From: Bacteroidota bacterium
Lineage (GTDB): Bacteria > Bacteroidota > Bacteroidia > JAKFFM01
Length of the DNA: 64,000 nt
Assembly: GCA_036675075.1 (NCBI GenBank)
Contig: JAKFFM010000014.1
Span: 39,102 to 103,101 of the forward strand
Reading direction: 5' to 3'
Shown here: one piece after another, positions 48,998 through 58,825 of the stretch
Layout of the letters: each line of letters begins with the position of its first letter
Position numbering within the stretch: position 1 is the stretch's first letter
Notes under the pieces: model-generated
Told to the model about the DNA's origin: nothing
What the model saw: only the letters and a program-made list of their open reading frames with translations
Databases searched by the model: none
Made by a program: the position numbers and the translations under genes

Positions 48998-50225
48998 GCG
49001 CGTTTGGGTTTAGTGATAATAACCTGTCGCAGAAACTGCTGTAATTATTCATTGCATTAAAGTTCTGAAGCCAGAATAACTTAACACCTGATCTGAAATC
49101 ATTCATTTCATGACGGCGACTATAAACGTCATTTATGACTGCTGCCAGTTCCCCGGTTTTAAATTCTGGCTTAAGAAGGAATCCGGTTTCATTATTAACG
49201 ATCTCAGAAACACCCCCTACATTGGTTGCAGCCACCGGAATTCCAAAGCTTATCGCTTCCTGAATTGAAACAGGCAGTCCTTCACTCAGACTTACATTCA
49301 CGAATAAATCAACAGAATGACTTTTGTAAAACGTGATCACATGTTCATTCTCTACCGTCCCTGGAAAATGACATTCAATATTTTCTGGCAGGGCTGATGC
49401 ATGCTGCTTAATTTGCTCAAGCTCAGGTCCTCCGCCAAAGTGCGTCCAGTTCACTTCGATTGAGACCTGCTTTAATGCCTCCACAATACGTTCGATGCGT
49501 TTGACAGGAATTACAAAAGAGCAGGAAACAAGTGTGAACTTTCCCTTTACGTCAAGATGATTCGTCCCCTGTTCAAGAACACCAAGGTAGCATGTCGAAA
49601 TTTTAGAGCGATGCTCCGGATACCTTCTCCTCAGGTAGTTCGTTCCATCTTCAGAAACCGGGTAAACCTCTGAAACCTGAGATAGTTGAAAATTCCTGAA
49701 AGGGATCATTGAGTCTTTCCATAGCTCTTCATACAGATCAAAACGATGTGCTCTTGAAACAAACTTATCAATGACATCATTCATTTTAAGCACAGATAAA
49801 ATGGTTGCCCAATCATCAAACCAGTATGAATAATATAAAGCCTCCGATTTGTTTGCTGAATTCAACCAGTGTTCAATATGAGATGCCCGGGAAATGTTCT
49901 GGAGCAAAGAACTTTTTAAAAATGCACTATTCCTTATGAATGTTACTTTACTCCTGCTCATTATAAATTCCGAGACAAGGATCCTGATGAACAGTAAAAA
50001 AGTTGAAAACACCGTGCTCCTGGAATATCTGTAAGAACTGAAAGGTAACTGAACCTCCACATTCTCCGGTAACTCGCGACTCTCCCCTTCTTCCTTGTAC
50101 GGTACAATAATGACTTTACTAAACCTTGATGAAAGGATCTTAATTTCTGTTTCAAGAAAAGCCTCTCCACTTCCAAAAGGAAATCTGCTGGTAAACAGGA
50201 ACAAGGTAGTTGTCTTATTTTCCAC
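48984..50225 (-). CDS. Glycosyltransferase family 4
   Basis: SLSEGLPVSIQEAISFGIPVAATNVGGVSEIV (EX7E). Confidence 0.75.
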   Translation of the reverse strand: MENKTTTLFLFTSRFPFGSGEAFLETEIKILSSRFSKVIIVPYKEEGESRELPENVEVQLPFSSYRYSRSTVFSTFLLFIRILVSEFIMSRSKVTFIRNSAFLKSSLLQNISRASHIEHWLNSANKSEALYYSYWFDDWATILSVLKMNDVIDKFVSRAHRFDLYEELWKDSMIPFRNFQLSQVSEVYPVSEDGTNYLRRRYPEHRSKISTCYLGVLEQGTNHLDVKGKFTLVSCSFVIPVKRIERIVEALKQVSIEVNWTHFGGGPELEQIKQHASALPENIECHFPGTVENEHVITFYKSHSVDLFVNVSLSEGLPVSIQEAISFGIPVAATNVGGVSEIVNNETGFLLKPEFKTGELAAVINDVYSRRHEMNDFRSGVKLFWLQNFNAMNNYSSFCDRLLSLNPNAHAVF

Positions 50226-51321
50226 GACCGAGGATTTGATTAATGGTCAGCTTTAAAAAATAAACAAGCTGTCTGGATGAGAAACCACCCGCACGCCAGA
50301 ATTGTAAAACAAACCGGAGTCCGAGGGGAGCGATATAATAGAACACCCGTTTCCATCTTTCACTTACGACCTGCCTCAACGCAGCAGGATCATAAACCAT
50401 TTTCTGATCATTGTTTCTGATGATCTCCATGAAGTGATGATAAAGCTGTAGAATAAGTTCAGGATCTTTTATCTGCATCAGGCTCTGAAGGTCGAAATGA
50501 AGCAACAGAACTTCTCGGGAAGGCTTTACTGACAGCTCATCCAGAAGAAACTGAAAGAACTCATACTTCCTTTCCCGGATAAGCTCAACCTTTGAATAGG
50601 TGATGTTCTGCCCTTCAATGCGATACTTCAATAATACCTTGTCAATATTGGCAAACCTGGTATACCTCATCATTTTATACCACAAAGCATAATCTTCAAG
50701 TTCGAGAAGTTTATGTCCGTATGAATCGTTATAATTAAATGGCACACCGAATGTCAATGCATGATCCTGAATGACAGAACTTCTGATCATCACTGATGGA
50801 TGAAGAAGGAGGTTTCCAAAAAGCAGGCTGGCTTTGATTGCTGCATCACCGGTGACCACAGGCGGAAATCCGGATTCATTACCGAAGATCTCATATCCTG
50901 TTCCGCAAACACCTACATCCTTATGAGAATCCATAAAGAGAACCTGCTCCTCAAACCTTTCAGGAAGTGAAATATCATCAGCATCCATTCGTGCGATGAA
51001 TTCTGTTTTGATCAATGAAAGCCCTTTATTCAGGGTTTTCACAAGCCCTATATTCTGCTCATTCTGATGATAAATGATGCGTTCATCACTGAACTTTCTT
51101 ACAACCTGATCTGTCTGGTCTGTGGATCCGTCATTAATTATCAGTAAATGAAAGTGGGGATACGTCTGTCCGAGGATGCTGACAATAGCTTCACTGAGGT
51201 ACTTCTCAGCATTATAAACAGGCATCAGGACTGTTATCCGGGGACTCGTCAATTCGCTCACACGCTTATCCATGATGCAGGAATAACATCCGATGAATTT
51301 CTGTGAGCGTCCGTGAACCAT
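50215..51321 (-). CDS. Glycosyltransferase family 2
   Basis: ITVLMPVYNAEKYLSEAIVSILGQTY...LLIINDGSTD. The annotated start overlaps the GT11 gene by 64 nt, so the true start is probably the internal Met (MDKRV...) near 51273. Confidence 0.85.
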   Translation of the reverse strand: MVHGRSQKFIGCYSCIMDKRVSELTSPRITVLMPVYNAEKYLSEAIVSILGQTYPHFHLLIINDGSTDQTDQVVRKFSDERIIYHQNEQNIGLVKTLNKGLSLIKTEFIARMDADDISLPERFEEQVLFMDSHKDVGVCGTGYEIFGNESGFPPVVTGDAAIKASLLFGNLLLHPSVMIRSSVIQDHALTFGVPFNYNDSYGHKLLELEDYALWYKMMRYTRFANIDKVLLKYRIEGQNITYSKVELIRERKYEFFQFLLDELSVKPSREVLLLHFDLQSLMQIKDPELILQLYHHFMEIIRNNDQKMVYDPAALRQVVSERWKRVFYYIAPLGLRFVLQFWRAGGFSSRQLVYFLKLTINQILGRGK

Positions 51322-52142
51322 CTTTCCGGTGCGATGACAATCTTGTTTTTATCATTCCCCAGCCATGCGGTCCACCAGCTGAATGAGCTGTTCGGAATGA
51401 TGAAATTCCTGCAGGATCTCATGAGATAAAACTGAGAAGCACACTTTACACCGGCATAATCATCTTCCACAAAATAAGTTGGGTGATCGAATTTCAGCTG
51501 CTTCTTACACCAGCTAATGTCATCTGAAAAAACATAAACGGAAATCTTATCCGTCAATGATTCCAGGCGTTTAATGGCTTTTGAATAATAGCTTTCATCA
51601 AGCACACCATGCACTGCATTTGAAACAGGATTAGTTACAAAGTCTGTTCTACGAACATGAAGGCACAGCGCACCAGGATCTTTCCTTATTTTCTCAACGA
51701 GCTGCATCACATGTGGTGGAAAGTTTCCAGACTGTCTGAATGCCAACCTGATGTCATCCGCATGATCGATGAAATACTTTTCACTCTGGAAATAACCTTC
51801 AATGTACTGGTTGCCTTTTAACCCTGTGAATACAGGATCAAAATGAAAATGCGGCTCATGGTAATACTTGTATTCATTACCTGAGATCTTGCGAAGGATC
51901 TTTTCACCCAGACCAGGATTTTTAAAAAATCTTCTGGTTAGCTTCTGATCAGCCACCGCATATTCCAGGTTGAAAACAGGAAGATCGAAATCTCTGAATA
52001 TATAATTCTCCCTGGGAGTTCTGTCAAGAAGAAATTCAAGATCAAGGAATAACGGAGCATTGTTTCGTAATGCCAGGGATCGTGCAGCCGCATATTCAAA
52101 CATCTGATTTCCCAGGCCACCCATAAGCTTCACAACAATCAT
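51258..52142 (-). CDS. Alpha-1,2-fucosyltransferase (GT11)
   Basis: N-terminal GGLGNQMFEYAAARSLA is the GT11 signature. Confidence 0.85.
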   Translation of the reverse strand: MIVVKLMGGLGNQMFEYAAARSLALRNNAPLFLDLEFLLDRTPRENYIFRDFDLPVFNLEYAVADQKLTRRFFKNPGLGEKILRKISGNEYKYYHEPHFHFDPVFTGLKGNQYIEGYFQSEKYFIDHADDIRLAFRQSGNFPPHVMQLVEKIRKDPGALCLHVRRTDFVTNPVSNAVHGVLDESYYSKAIKRLESLTDKISVYVFSDDISWCKKQLKFDHPTYFVEDDYAGVKCASQFYLMRSCRNFIIPNSSFSWWTAWLGNDKNKIVIAPERWFTDAHRNSSDVIPASWISV

Positions 52143-52196
52143 AGGGCAGGCAGGACTAAATCAATAAACTTAAAAATCTTAAACACAGATGATATA

Positions 52197-54341
52197 TTAT
52201 TCAACAAAAAGCTTCCCGGTCTTTCTCGCTCCGGCAACATCTACATGGTAAAGGTAAATGCCGGCAGCAAGCCCATTCAGGTTCACAGTTTCTGTTGTTG
52301 AACCATTCAGATCAATTCCCTGGACTTTTTCTCCAACCATATTAAAGAGGCTGAACGTTGCTTTTGAAGATCCCAGGTCACCGATGGTGAGTGAGATCTG
52401 ACCAGCTGCAGGATTTGGCCAGAGTGCAAATGAACTCAGTATTGATTCTTCTGTTGAGATGCAAATGTCATAGGCAATGGCTATAGTGTCCGATGCACTG
52501 CAGCCCGCTGAGTTGGTGACTGTAACAAAATAATTGCCTGCTGTATTAACAGCCAGTGAGCTAGCAGTTGAACCATCATTCCAGAGATAGGTATGACCTG
52601 TATCAGCGTAAAGAATTACCGTTTGAGCATTACAGGCTATTGAATCCGGGCCCAGGTAAACCGTAGGTGAAGCTGAGACGGAGATATAATCTTCAAGAAT
52701 GAGTGTGTCTGATGTATAGGAATTCGATGTGATCAAAGTGACATCATAGGATCCCGGAACTGCATAGTTCACAGTTGGAGTATTCGAAGAAGATGTATTC
52801 GGGCTTGCACCAGGCAATATCCACTGATATGAAACCGGTGATCCATCCTGTACCGCATTTAAGGTTACATTTCCGGCATCACAAAAAGTGCTGGCGCTGG
52901 TGAATACATCCGGATCAACAGCTGGCCACAATTTAGCGATATAACCATCATATCCATTACCGGATGTTACCGTGATGGTGTCAAAATCCATCGCAGGAGC
53001 TCCGGTGTATTCTCCGCCAACATAGATGTTCCCGGTAGGATCCACTGCGAGACCTCTTGCAATTGATGAAGTGGTACCTCCTCCATTCAACTTATACCAA
53101 CGCATGTTCCCAAGCGTATCATAGGCAGTGACAAATGAATGTGGATTGCCTCCAAGAGAAATGCTTGTTCCAGACATATCCACTGCTCCGCTTAACGATC
53201 CTGTTATGAGCACCCGATGTGCGGGAGTGATTTCAATGTCATCAACTGAGACGACCCCAGGATTACCAATCGTTTTAACCCATTTAAAATTTCCGTTGCG
53301 GTCATACTTTGCGAGAAAGATATCAATCCCGGCATTTGCTGACGCAGCATCATTTCCCCAGCCAATTGAGTTTATTGTTGTTGTACCAAAAGTGAGGTTA
53401 TTTGCGAATGTTCCAGTTACATAGATGTTATCGACCGAATCCGTTGCAAGTGCATAAGGCAGATCCTGGTAAGCACCCACAGCAGTTTTTGTCCATTTGA
53501 AGTTTCCATTCACATCCAGCTTCATCAGGAACACATCACCCCACGAAGGACTGTTACCTGGAAACGTTGTGCTACCTATGTAAAGATTTCCTTTATAATT
53601 TCCTGTAACAACCAGGTCTCCCTGACGATCAATACGAATTTCATTTCCTTCACCATTGTATTGAACATTGATTGTTTTAACCCATTGACAAGTCCCGGAA
53701 GAATTGAACTTAGCGATGAAAGGGACATTCTTACCTGAAGTACCGAATGTTACTCCGTCAAAATTTGAAGGACCACTAACATGCCCTGTAACGTATGAAT
53801 TACCTGCAGTATCTGCAATGATGCTGTATCCCCGTGAATTATTCACTCCTGTTGAACCAGCTCCTTTAGCCCATAAGCATGTTCCTGAACTGTCGTATTT
53901 GGCAACGAAAATATTCCTGTTCTGATTTGTACCCACACCAATGATCGTGATGTTCCCAAACGAGGCAGTATCACAAAAGTCACCGGTGACATAAACATTG
54001 GAATTTTTGTCAGTACACACCGCCCTGCCCCAGTCAGCAAACTTTCCACCATCACGCTTCGCCCACACCAGTTCTCCATTAGCCCGGTACTTGGCAAGGA
54101 AGGCATCTGTTTCAGTCGATGATTTCCATGGGGGTGTTTGCAGATTTGAACCCCACCCGAAAGTAGAAGTTGCTTTAACACGCCCTGTCGAGAGCACATT
54201 TCCCTGGGGATCGAGTGCTACATCCCAGCAATATTCATTACCTCCGGGACGAATAGTTTGCACCCAGTTCCATTGTTGGGAAAAGGCATCTGAAACAAAA
54301 AAAAGAAAAAGCAATAGCTGCCAGAAGTAGCGTTGTTTCAT
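52197..54341 (-). CDS. T9SS cargo protein with type-A C-terminal sorting domain, SBBP-like beta-propeller repeats and a PKD/Ig-like domain
   Basis: Signal peptide. Many repeats of ...GNxYVTG.F.G...FG... (SBBP-type). C-terminus ...LWPNPAAGQISLT...ATFSLFNMVGEKV...GIYLYHVDVAG.RKTGKLFVE is the type-A por-secretion CTD. Confidence 0.75.
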   Translation of the reverse strand: MKQRYFWQLLLFLFFVSDAFSQQWNWVQTIRPGGNEYCWDVALDPQGNVLSTGRVKATSTFGWGSNLQTPPWKSSTETDAFLAKYRANGELVWAKRDGGKFADWGRAVCTDKNSNVYVTGDFCDTASFGNITIIGVGTNQNRNIFVAKYDSSGTCLWAKGAGSTGVNNSRGYSIIADTAGNSYVTGHVSGPSNFDGVTFGTSGKNVPFIAKFNSSGTCQWVKTINVQYNGEGNEIRIDRQGDLVVTGNYKGNLYIGSTTFPGNSPSWGDVFLMKLDVNGNFKWTKTAVGAYQDLPYALATDSVDNIYVTGTFANNLTFGTTTINSIGWGNDAASANAGIDIFLAKYDRNGNFKWVKTIGNPGVVSVDDIEITPAHRVLITGSLSGAVDMSGTSISLGGNPHSFVTAYDTLGNMRWYKLNGGGTTSSIARGLAVDPTGNIYVGGEYTGAPAMDFDTITVTSGNGYDGYIAKLWPAVDPDVFTSASTFCDAGNVTLNAVQDGSPVSYQWILPGASPNTSSSNTPTVNYAVPGSYDVTLITSNSYTSDTLILEDYISVSASPTVYLGPDSIACNAQTVILYADTGHTYLWNDGSTASSLAVNTAGNYFVTVTNSAGCSASDTIAIAYDICISTEESILSSFALWPNPAAGQISLTIGDLGSSKATFSLFNMVGEKVQGIDLNGSTTETVNLNGLAAGIYLYHVDVAGARKTGKLFVE

Positions 54342-54439
54342 ACTTTAAATTGTAAAGACCAATATACGAAATTTGGCGAAAGTTCCAGTGCTGTAGCCAC
54401 TGCTGCGATACGGAATGATGCAATTATTCTAACTTTGCA

Positions 54440-54447
54440 ATCTGACT
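54440..54447 (+). promoter_or_regulatory. Putative -7 box TAACTTTG 10 nt upstream of the acyltransferase start (54458)
   Basis: Lies in the divergent intergenic region 54342..54457. Same octamer and spacing as at 5050 and 25051. Confidence 0.4.
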
Positions 54448-54457
54448 CAAGGGTACC

Positions 54458-55525
54458 ATGTCGCTTAAGTATATAAAAGGATTTGACGCATTGCGTGCTG
54501 TTTCGGTTATCCTTGTCATACTTACCCATATGGGGATCTTTAATTATTTACCAGACAACTCATTTGTGAGGGAACGACTCTGGTATTTATTCTCTGGTTC
54601 AACAGGAGTTAATATTTTCTTTGCGCTTAGTGGTTTTTTAATAACACGGATCCTGCTTTCTGAAAAAAAGCAACAGGGTACAATTTCATTTAAGAATTTC
54701 TATGCCAGGAGATTTCTCAGGCTAACTCCACCATTGCTGATCTTCTTAATCATTATCAGCTGGCTTATGTCAGAAGAGCTGATCAGGTCAAACATGAAAG
54801 GATTCATGATGTCCTTCCTTTACTTATACAATTTTGTCCCACTGCAATATCATGTTACAGAACTCGGGCATACATGGTCACTTGCCATGGAAGAACAATT
54901 TTACCTGCTTTGGCCTGCTGTAATTCTTTTTTTTCCACGCTCACGAGCCCTGGCCATATCCATATTCATGATTTGCCTGTGCATCTTTTCCCTTTACATC
55001 TACCCCCACATCAGCTTCGGTTACAATGGCACCAACATTAATATGCAAGACATGTTCATGACGAGCCGCTGGTTTTTTCCGGGTGTTGGTCCTATTATAA
55101 TTGGTGCCTTTGCAGGATATGTTTCATTCGAAAATAATGGTCTGGGACTCAATAAATTCAATGGCTCGTTTATTCAACTTTTTACAGGGATGGTTCTCTT
55201 TGCAACACCGCTATTTTTCTCCAGGGAGTTGATGGATCTGGTCTTTCTCTTTCAGGCTGCAGGTATATCCATGTTCCTGATCTGGATACTGCATCATCAG
55301 GACAACCAGTTCATTTCTTTCCTGGAATGGCCTCCGTTGCTCTATATAGGAAGGATTTCTTATGGATTATATGTGTACCAGGGTATCTTCTTAAGAACAG
55401 GTCCCGGAGGTGAGTTAACAATCCAGCAATTCCCACTCAACATCGTTATTACGATCCTGCTTGCGATACTATCGTACGAGATAATTGAGAAAAAAGCACT
55501 GAAACTGAAATCAAGGTTTACCTGA
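54458..55525 (+). CDS. Acyltransferase family 3 (third copy; the only plus-strand gene in the locus)
   Basis: FDALRAVSVILVILTHMG motif. ~10 TMs. Confidence 0.8.
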   Translation: MSLKYIKGFDALRAVSVILVILTHMGIFNYLPDNSFVRERLWYLFSGSTGVNIFFALSGFLITRILLSEKKQQGTISFKNFYARRFLRLTPPLLIFLIIISWLMSEELIRSNMKGFMMSFLYLYNFVPLQYHVTELGHTWSLAMEEQFYLLWPAVILFFPRSRALAISIFMICLCIFSLYIYPHISFGYNGTNINMQDMFMTSRWFFPGVGPIIIGAFAGYVSFENNGLGLNKFNGSFIQLFTGMVLFATPLFFSRELMDLVFLFQAAGISMFLIWILHHQDNQFISFLEWPPLLYIGRISYGLYVYQGIFLRTGPGGELTIQQFPLNIVITILLAILSYEIIEKKALKLKSRFT

Positions 55526-55535
55526 TTGCAGCAGA

Positions 55536-56411
55536 TCAGGCTGAACGATCCTTTTTAAAATTCCCTTTCTTCAGATCGTAGGTAATTAAAGGAGGATTAT
55601 CATATAATTTCCTGAGGTTTATATTCCAGCCAAAAATGGTGCGAAGGAAAGGTAATCTTGTCAGGACACTTTTGTGAAACTCTATTTCTTTTAATCTTTT
55701 CAGATCACTTTCTGCAACATCAATATTCCTGAAAATTGTTTCCAGCTCCTTGTTGTAAGCCGTTTTGTCAGAGCTGAGCTGGTCTTTTCGTATCCTGAAA
55801 CCTCCAAGAAGAACATTGGCCATAAACAGCTTCGCGTCTGCTTTCATGATAAACCTTGACCAGAGCTCAGAGTCTGAAGCAAGTCTGTAGGTGGTGTTTA
55901 TATATCCACCAGCGCGTTCCCAGACCGGCCTTTTCCAGAAAGTCGATTCCTGCTGGATGACCCATGTGTTTTTTTCTGCGAGGTAATCGTATCGACCCCA
56001 TGGCATCACAGGGCCAACCCTGATAAACCTGCCTTCCTCATCGAGCGTGGTTGGCTGTCCCATTAAAAATTCGACATCAGCAAACTGATTGAAAATATCA
56101 GCGACTATGAATAGTGATTTCGGATGATAAATATCGTCTGCGTTGATCCATGCCATAATCTCGCCGGAAGTAAGCTTCAAGCCTTTATCAAGCGCATGGT
56201 ACATCCCATTATCAGGTTCAGAGATGAACAGGTGAAGCTCCTTCTCATACTTCCTGATGATCTCCACTGTTCCATCCGTGCTGCCTCCATCGATGATGAT
56301 GTATTCCAGGTTTGGGTATCCCTGGCTCAACACAGACCTAATGGTAGTTTCAATAAACTTCGCCTGATTGAATACAGGTGTAACGATCGATATCTTTGGA
56401 TAGTTCATCAT
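55536..56411 (-). CDS. Glycosyltransferase family 2 (tandem paralog A)
   Basis: MMNYPKISIVTPVFNQAKFIETTIRSVLSQGYPNLEYIIIDGGSTDGT. Confidence 0.85.
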   Translation of the reverse strand: MMNYPKISIVTPVFNQAKFIETTIRSVLSQGYPNLEYIIIDGGSTDGTVEIIRKYEKELHLFISEPDNGMYHALDKGLKLTSGEIMAWINADDIYHPKSLFIVADIFNQFADVEFLMGQPTTLDEEGRFIRVGPVMPWGRYDYLAEKNTWVIQQESTFWKRPVWERAGGYINTTYRLASDSELWSRFIMKADAKLFMANVLLGGFRIRKDQLSSDKTAYNKELETIFRNIDVAESDLKRLKEIEFHKSVLTRLPFLRTIFGWNINLRKLYDNPPLITYDLKKGNFKKDRSA

Positions 56412-56417
56412 GATTGC

Positions 56418-57212
56418 CTACTGTTTGTCCATCCATTCAGTCATGAAGAGCTTCCTCCATCCATAAATCTTCATTGCCTTTTTCCTGCGTTGCAGATAAC
56501 CAACAACATTAAATGACAACTTGCTGATGCCTAAGGTTCGCCGATAATGTTCACGCAGCTCCATCATTTCCTTACGATAAGAATCTGCAAAATGTGTTTT
56601 CTGGTTCTTGTGCCTTCTGTGACGGCCAAGCACTTTATTCACATACACAGGTTTGCATTGCATGCAGCATCTCAGGAAAAAGTCGTAATCCATGGCGAAA
56701 TGCAGCGATTCGTCCAGGTATCCGACACGTTCATGCAGTTTGTTTCTCCAGAAAATTCCTTCCTGGTTAACAAGCTGGGAACCAAATAGCATAGCTGTAA
56801 AGTCCATGAGCTTTCGGTCTGAAATTCCAATGAGCTTATCATCCGCATCAATCATATCAATTGGAGAGAAGATCATTTTTACCGAACTGTCACTGAATGC
56901 TTCAGCAATGGTATGCAGTGCTCCATCAGCGAGCATGTCGTCAGAGTTCAGCCATCCGACGATCTCACCACTTGCCTTTTTCAGGCCCTGGTTTATTGCA
57001 TCACTCTGACCATGATCTTTTTTACTTTCCCAGAACGTAATACCAGATTCGTATTTTTTAATGATGTCAACAGATCCATCCGTTGAACCACCATCCATAA
57101 TGATGTATTCAAGGTTAGGATAATTCTGTTTCAATATGGAATTGATTGTACGCTCGAGGAACTCTCCCTGGTTATAGCTGGCTGTAACGATGGTGATCTT
57201 TGGATAGTTCAT
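56418..57212 (-). CDS. Glycosyltransferase family 2 (tandem paralog B)
   Basis: MNYPKITIVTASYNQGEFLERTINSILKQNYPNLEYIIMDGGSTDGS. About 55% identical to paralog A over the N-terminal 60 aa. Confidence 0.85.
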   Translation of the reverse strand: MNYPKITIVTASYNQGEFLERTINSILKQNYPNLEYIIMDGGSTDGSVDIIKKYESGITFWESKKDHGQSDAINQGLKKASGEIVGWLNSDDMLADGALHTIAEAFSDSSVKMIFSPIDMIDADDKLIGISDRKLMDFTAMLFGSQLVNQEGIFWRNKLHERVGYLDESLHFAMDYDFFLRCCMQCKPVYVNKVLGRHRRHKNQKTHFADSYRKEMMELREHYRRTLGISKLSFNVVGYLQRRKKAMKIYGWRKLFMTEWMDKQ

Positions 57213-57992
57213 TCAGATGGTAATGTATTTAGACCAGAATTCTGGTTCATAGCGTTGCCAGGCATGGCATCCGAAAGGTAATAAACCTTTGTAATGGTAT
57301 GAAGGGTTTGTTTCAAGAGAAAATTTTAATGCCTCGTCCACCGGAGCAGCTTTATACCATGCAAATCTCTCAGTGACCACCAGGCCAAAAAAATGATCTT
57401 CATTTTCAATGAATGTATTGAACAGGAAAAAAGTATTGTTGCTTATAGTCAGATCACGAATGAGTTCCATTCTGCTTCTAAGTCCTTTTATATATTCTGC
57501 TGTCAATTCTTTTTTGGGCTTCAAATAAGAAAAGCTGAATAAGGCACGAAGCTGTGAACTGATCCTTCTCAATGAGAAGCCACCGTTTCCTACGCCTATC
57601 GCTTCCGCACCTGGCTTTGCATGATCCCATCCTTCAAACCAGGGTGCACCGATATAATCATACCCCTTTTTACACCATTGTTCCAATTCATCCCTGAATA
57701 CCCAGGCATCAAGCTGGTAAATGAGCATGTGAGAGAACGAGAAGAACTTCAGATAGAACTTTGGATGAAGCAGCAGCTTGTTGTATCCTTCAATGCTTGA
57801 AAAATAATGATCACTGAATGTGATGGTCTTGAAATTTAAACCTGAAAACTCAGATGGCAAGGTCAGGCTTTCAGGCTTTACAATAACTATCGGGTGCTTA
57901 TGGAGTACATGAAATGCCTGCTTTAATGATGCTGCCTCTGATGCAGTTAACATCTTCTGGTAAACAGGTATGACAATGCAGGGCCTGATCAT
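57213..57992 (-). CDS. Hypothetical protein of the glycan locus (possible DUF5672-like / glycosyltransferase-like fold)
   Basis: 259 aa with no TM. IVIPVYQKMLTASEAASL N-terminus resembles an uncharacterised family common in Bacteroidota polysaccharide loci. No catalytic motif recognised. Confidence 0.35.
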   Translation of the reverse strand: MIRPCIVIPVYQKMLTASEAASLKQAFHVLHKHPIVIVKPESLTLPSEFSGLNFKTITFSDHYFSSIEGYNKLLLHPKFYLKFFSFSHMLIYQLDAWVFRDELEQWCKKGYDYIGAPWFEGWDHAKPGAEAIGVGNGGFSLRRISSQLRALFSFSYLKPKKELTAEYIKGLRSRMELIRDLTISNNTFFLFNTFIENEDHFFGLVVTERFAWYKAAPVDEALKFSLETNPSYHYKGLLPFGCHAWQRYEPEFWSKYITI

Positions 57993-57994
57993 CT

Positions 57995-58825
57995 TCAGTA
58001 TCTGAAAACTCCTAACTTTCTTAATACACGAAAAATGAATTTGCCCGCTGTCTCAAATTTCCAGTCATGCAGCACTTTATATTTCTTTTCCAGAAGGTGC
58101 TTTTCCTTAAATAACATCAATGGATCAGGAAAGAACTGATCATAAAACTTTGTATGCTTCCTGTAGATGAGCTGCCTTAAATAAATTTGTTTAGACTCGT
58201 CGATCTGTCGAACCATTGACCCTGACCTGATCCGGTAATAAAAGCAAGTCTCCGGTATTTTGTAAACATTCCCTCCATCTTTCAACAGACCGATCCAGAA
58301 ACTCCAGTCTTCCCATCCATAGATCATTTCCGGGTCGTAGCCCTCCGTTTTCAAATAATCAGACCTTCTGTATAATGCCGTGCAGAAGATCTGGTTTTCA
58401 TAAGCAAAACGCTTCAGGTCGAATTCAGGAAGCTCCCAGATACCAGACATTTCTCCAAACAATTCAGCCTGGCAGTATACAATCTTTGTATCCGGCTGGC
58501 TTATCAGGACTGGCACGGCTTTTTCGAGGTAGTCCTCTGAAATAAGATCATCAGAATCCAGAGGCAGGATGAACTCACCCGATGAATTATTTATTCCAGC
58601 ATTTCTTGCTGCAGATAGCCCTGAGTTTTTTTGAAAGACACATTTAAATCGTGTGTCTCTTTCAATGAATTGATGAGCTACAATTTCCGTGTCATCAGTG
58701 CTTCCATCATTCACGATCACACATTCCCATAACGAATAACGCTGCTTTAAAACAGATTCGAGCGTTTCTGCTAAAAAGCTCCCCTGGTTATAACATGGGA
58801 CGATAACTGACACCAAACCATTCAT
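57995..58825 (-). CDS. Glycosyltransferase family 2
   Basis: VSVIVPCYNQGSFLAETLESVLKQRYSLWECVIVNDGSTDDT ... DSDD. Confidence 0.85.
   Translation of the reverse strand: MNGLVSVIVPCYNQGSFLAETLESVLKQRYSLWECVIVNDGSTDDTEIVAHQFIERDTRFKCVFQKNSGLSAARNAGINNSSGEFILPLDSDDLISEDYLEKAVPVLISQPDTKIVYCQAELFGEMSGIWELPEFDLKRFAYENQIFCTALYRRSDYLKTEGYDPEMIYGWEDWSFWIGLLKDGGNVYKIPETCFYYRIRSGSMVRQIDESKQIYLRQLIYRKHTKFYDQFFPDPLMLFKEKHLLEKKYKVLHDWKFETAGKFIFRVLRKLGVFRY

Noticed and set aside
52143-52196. Promoter for the long minus-strand operon in the 54-bp gap upstream of the GT11 gene
   Set aside because: No TAnnTTTG-like element was found on the minus strand in this gap. The operon promoter is more likely upstream of the T9SS cargo gene, in the divergent region 54342..54457, or internal.
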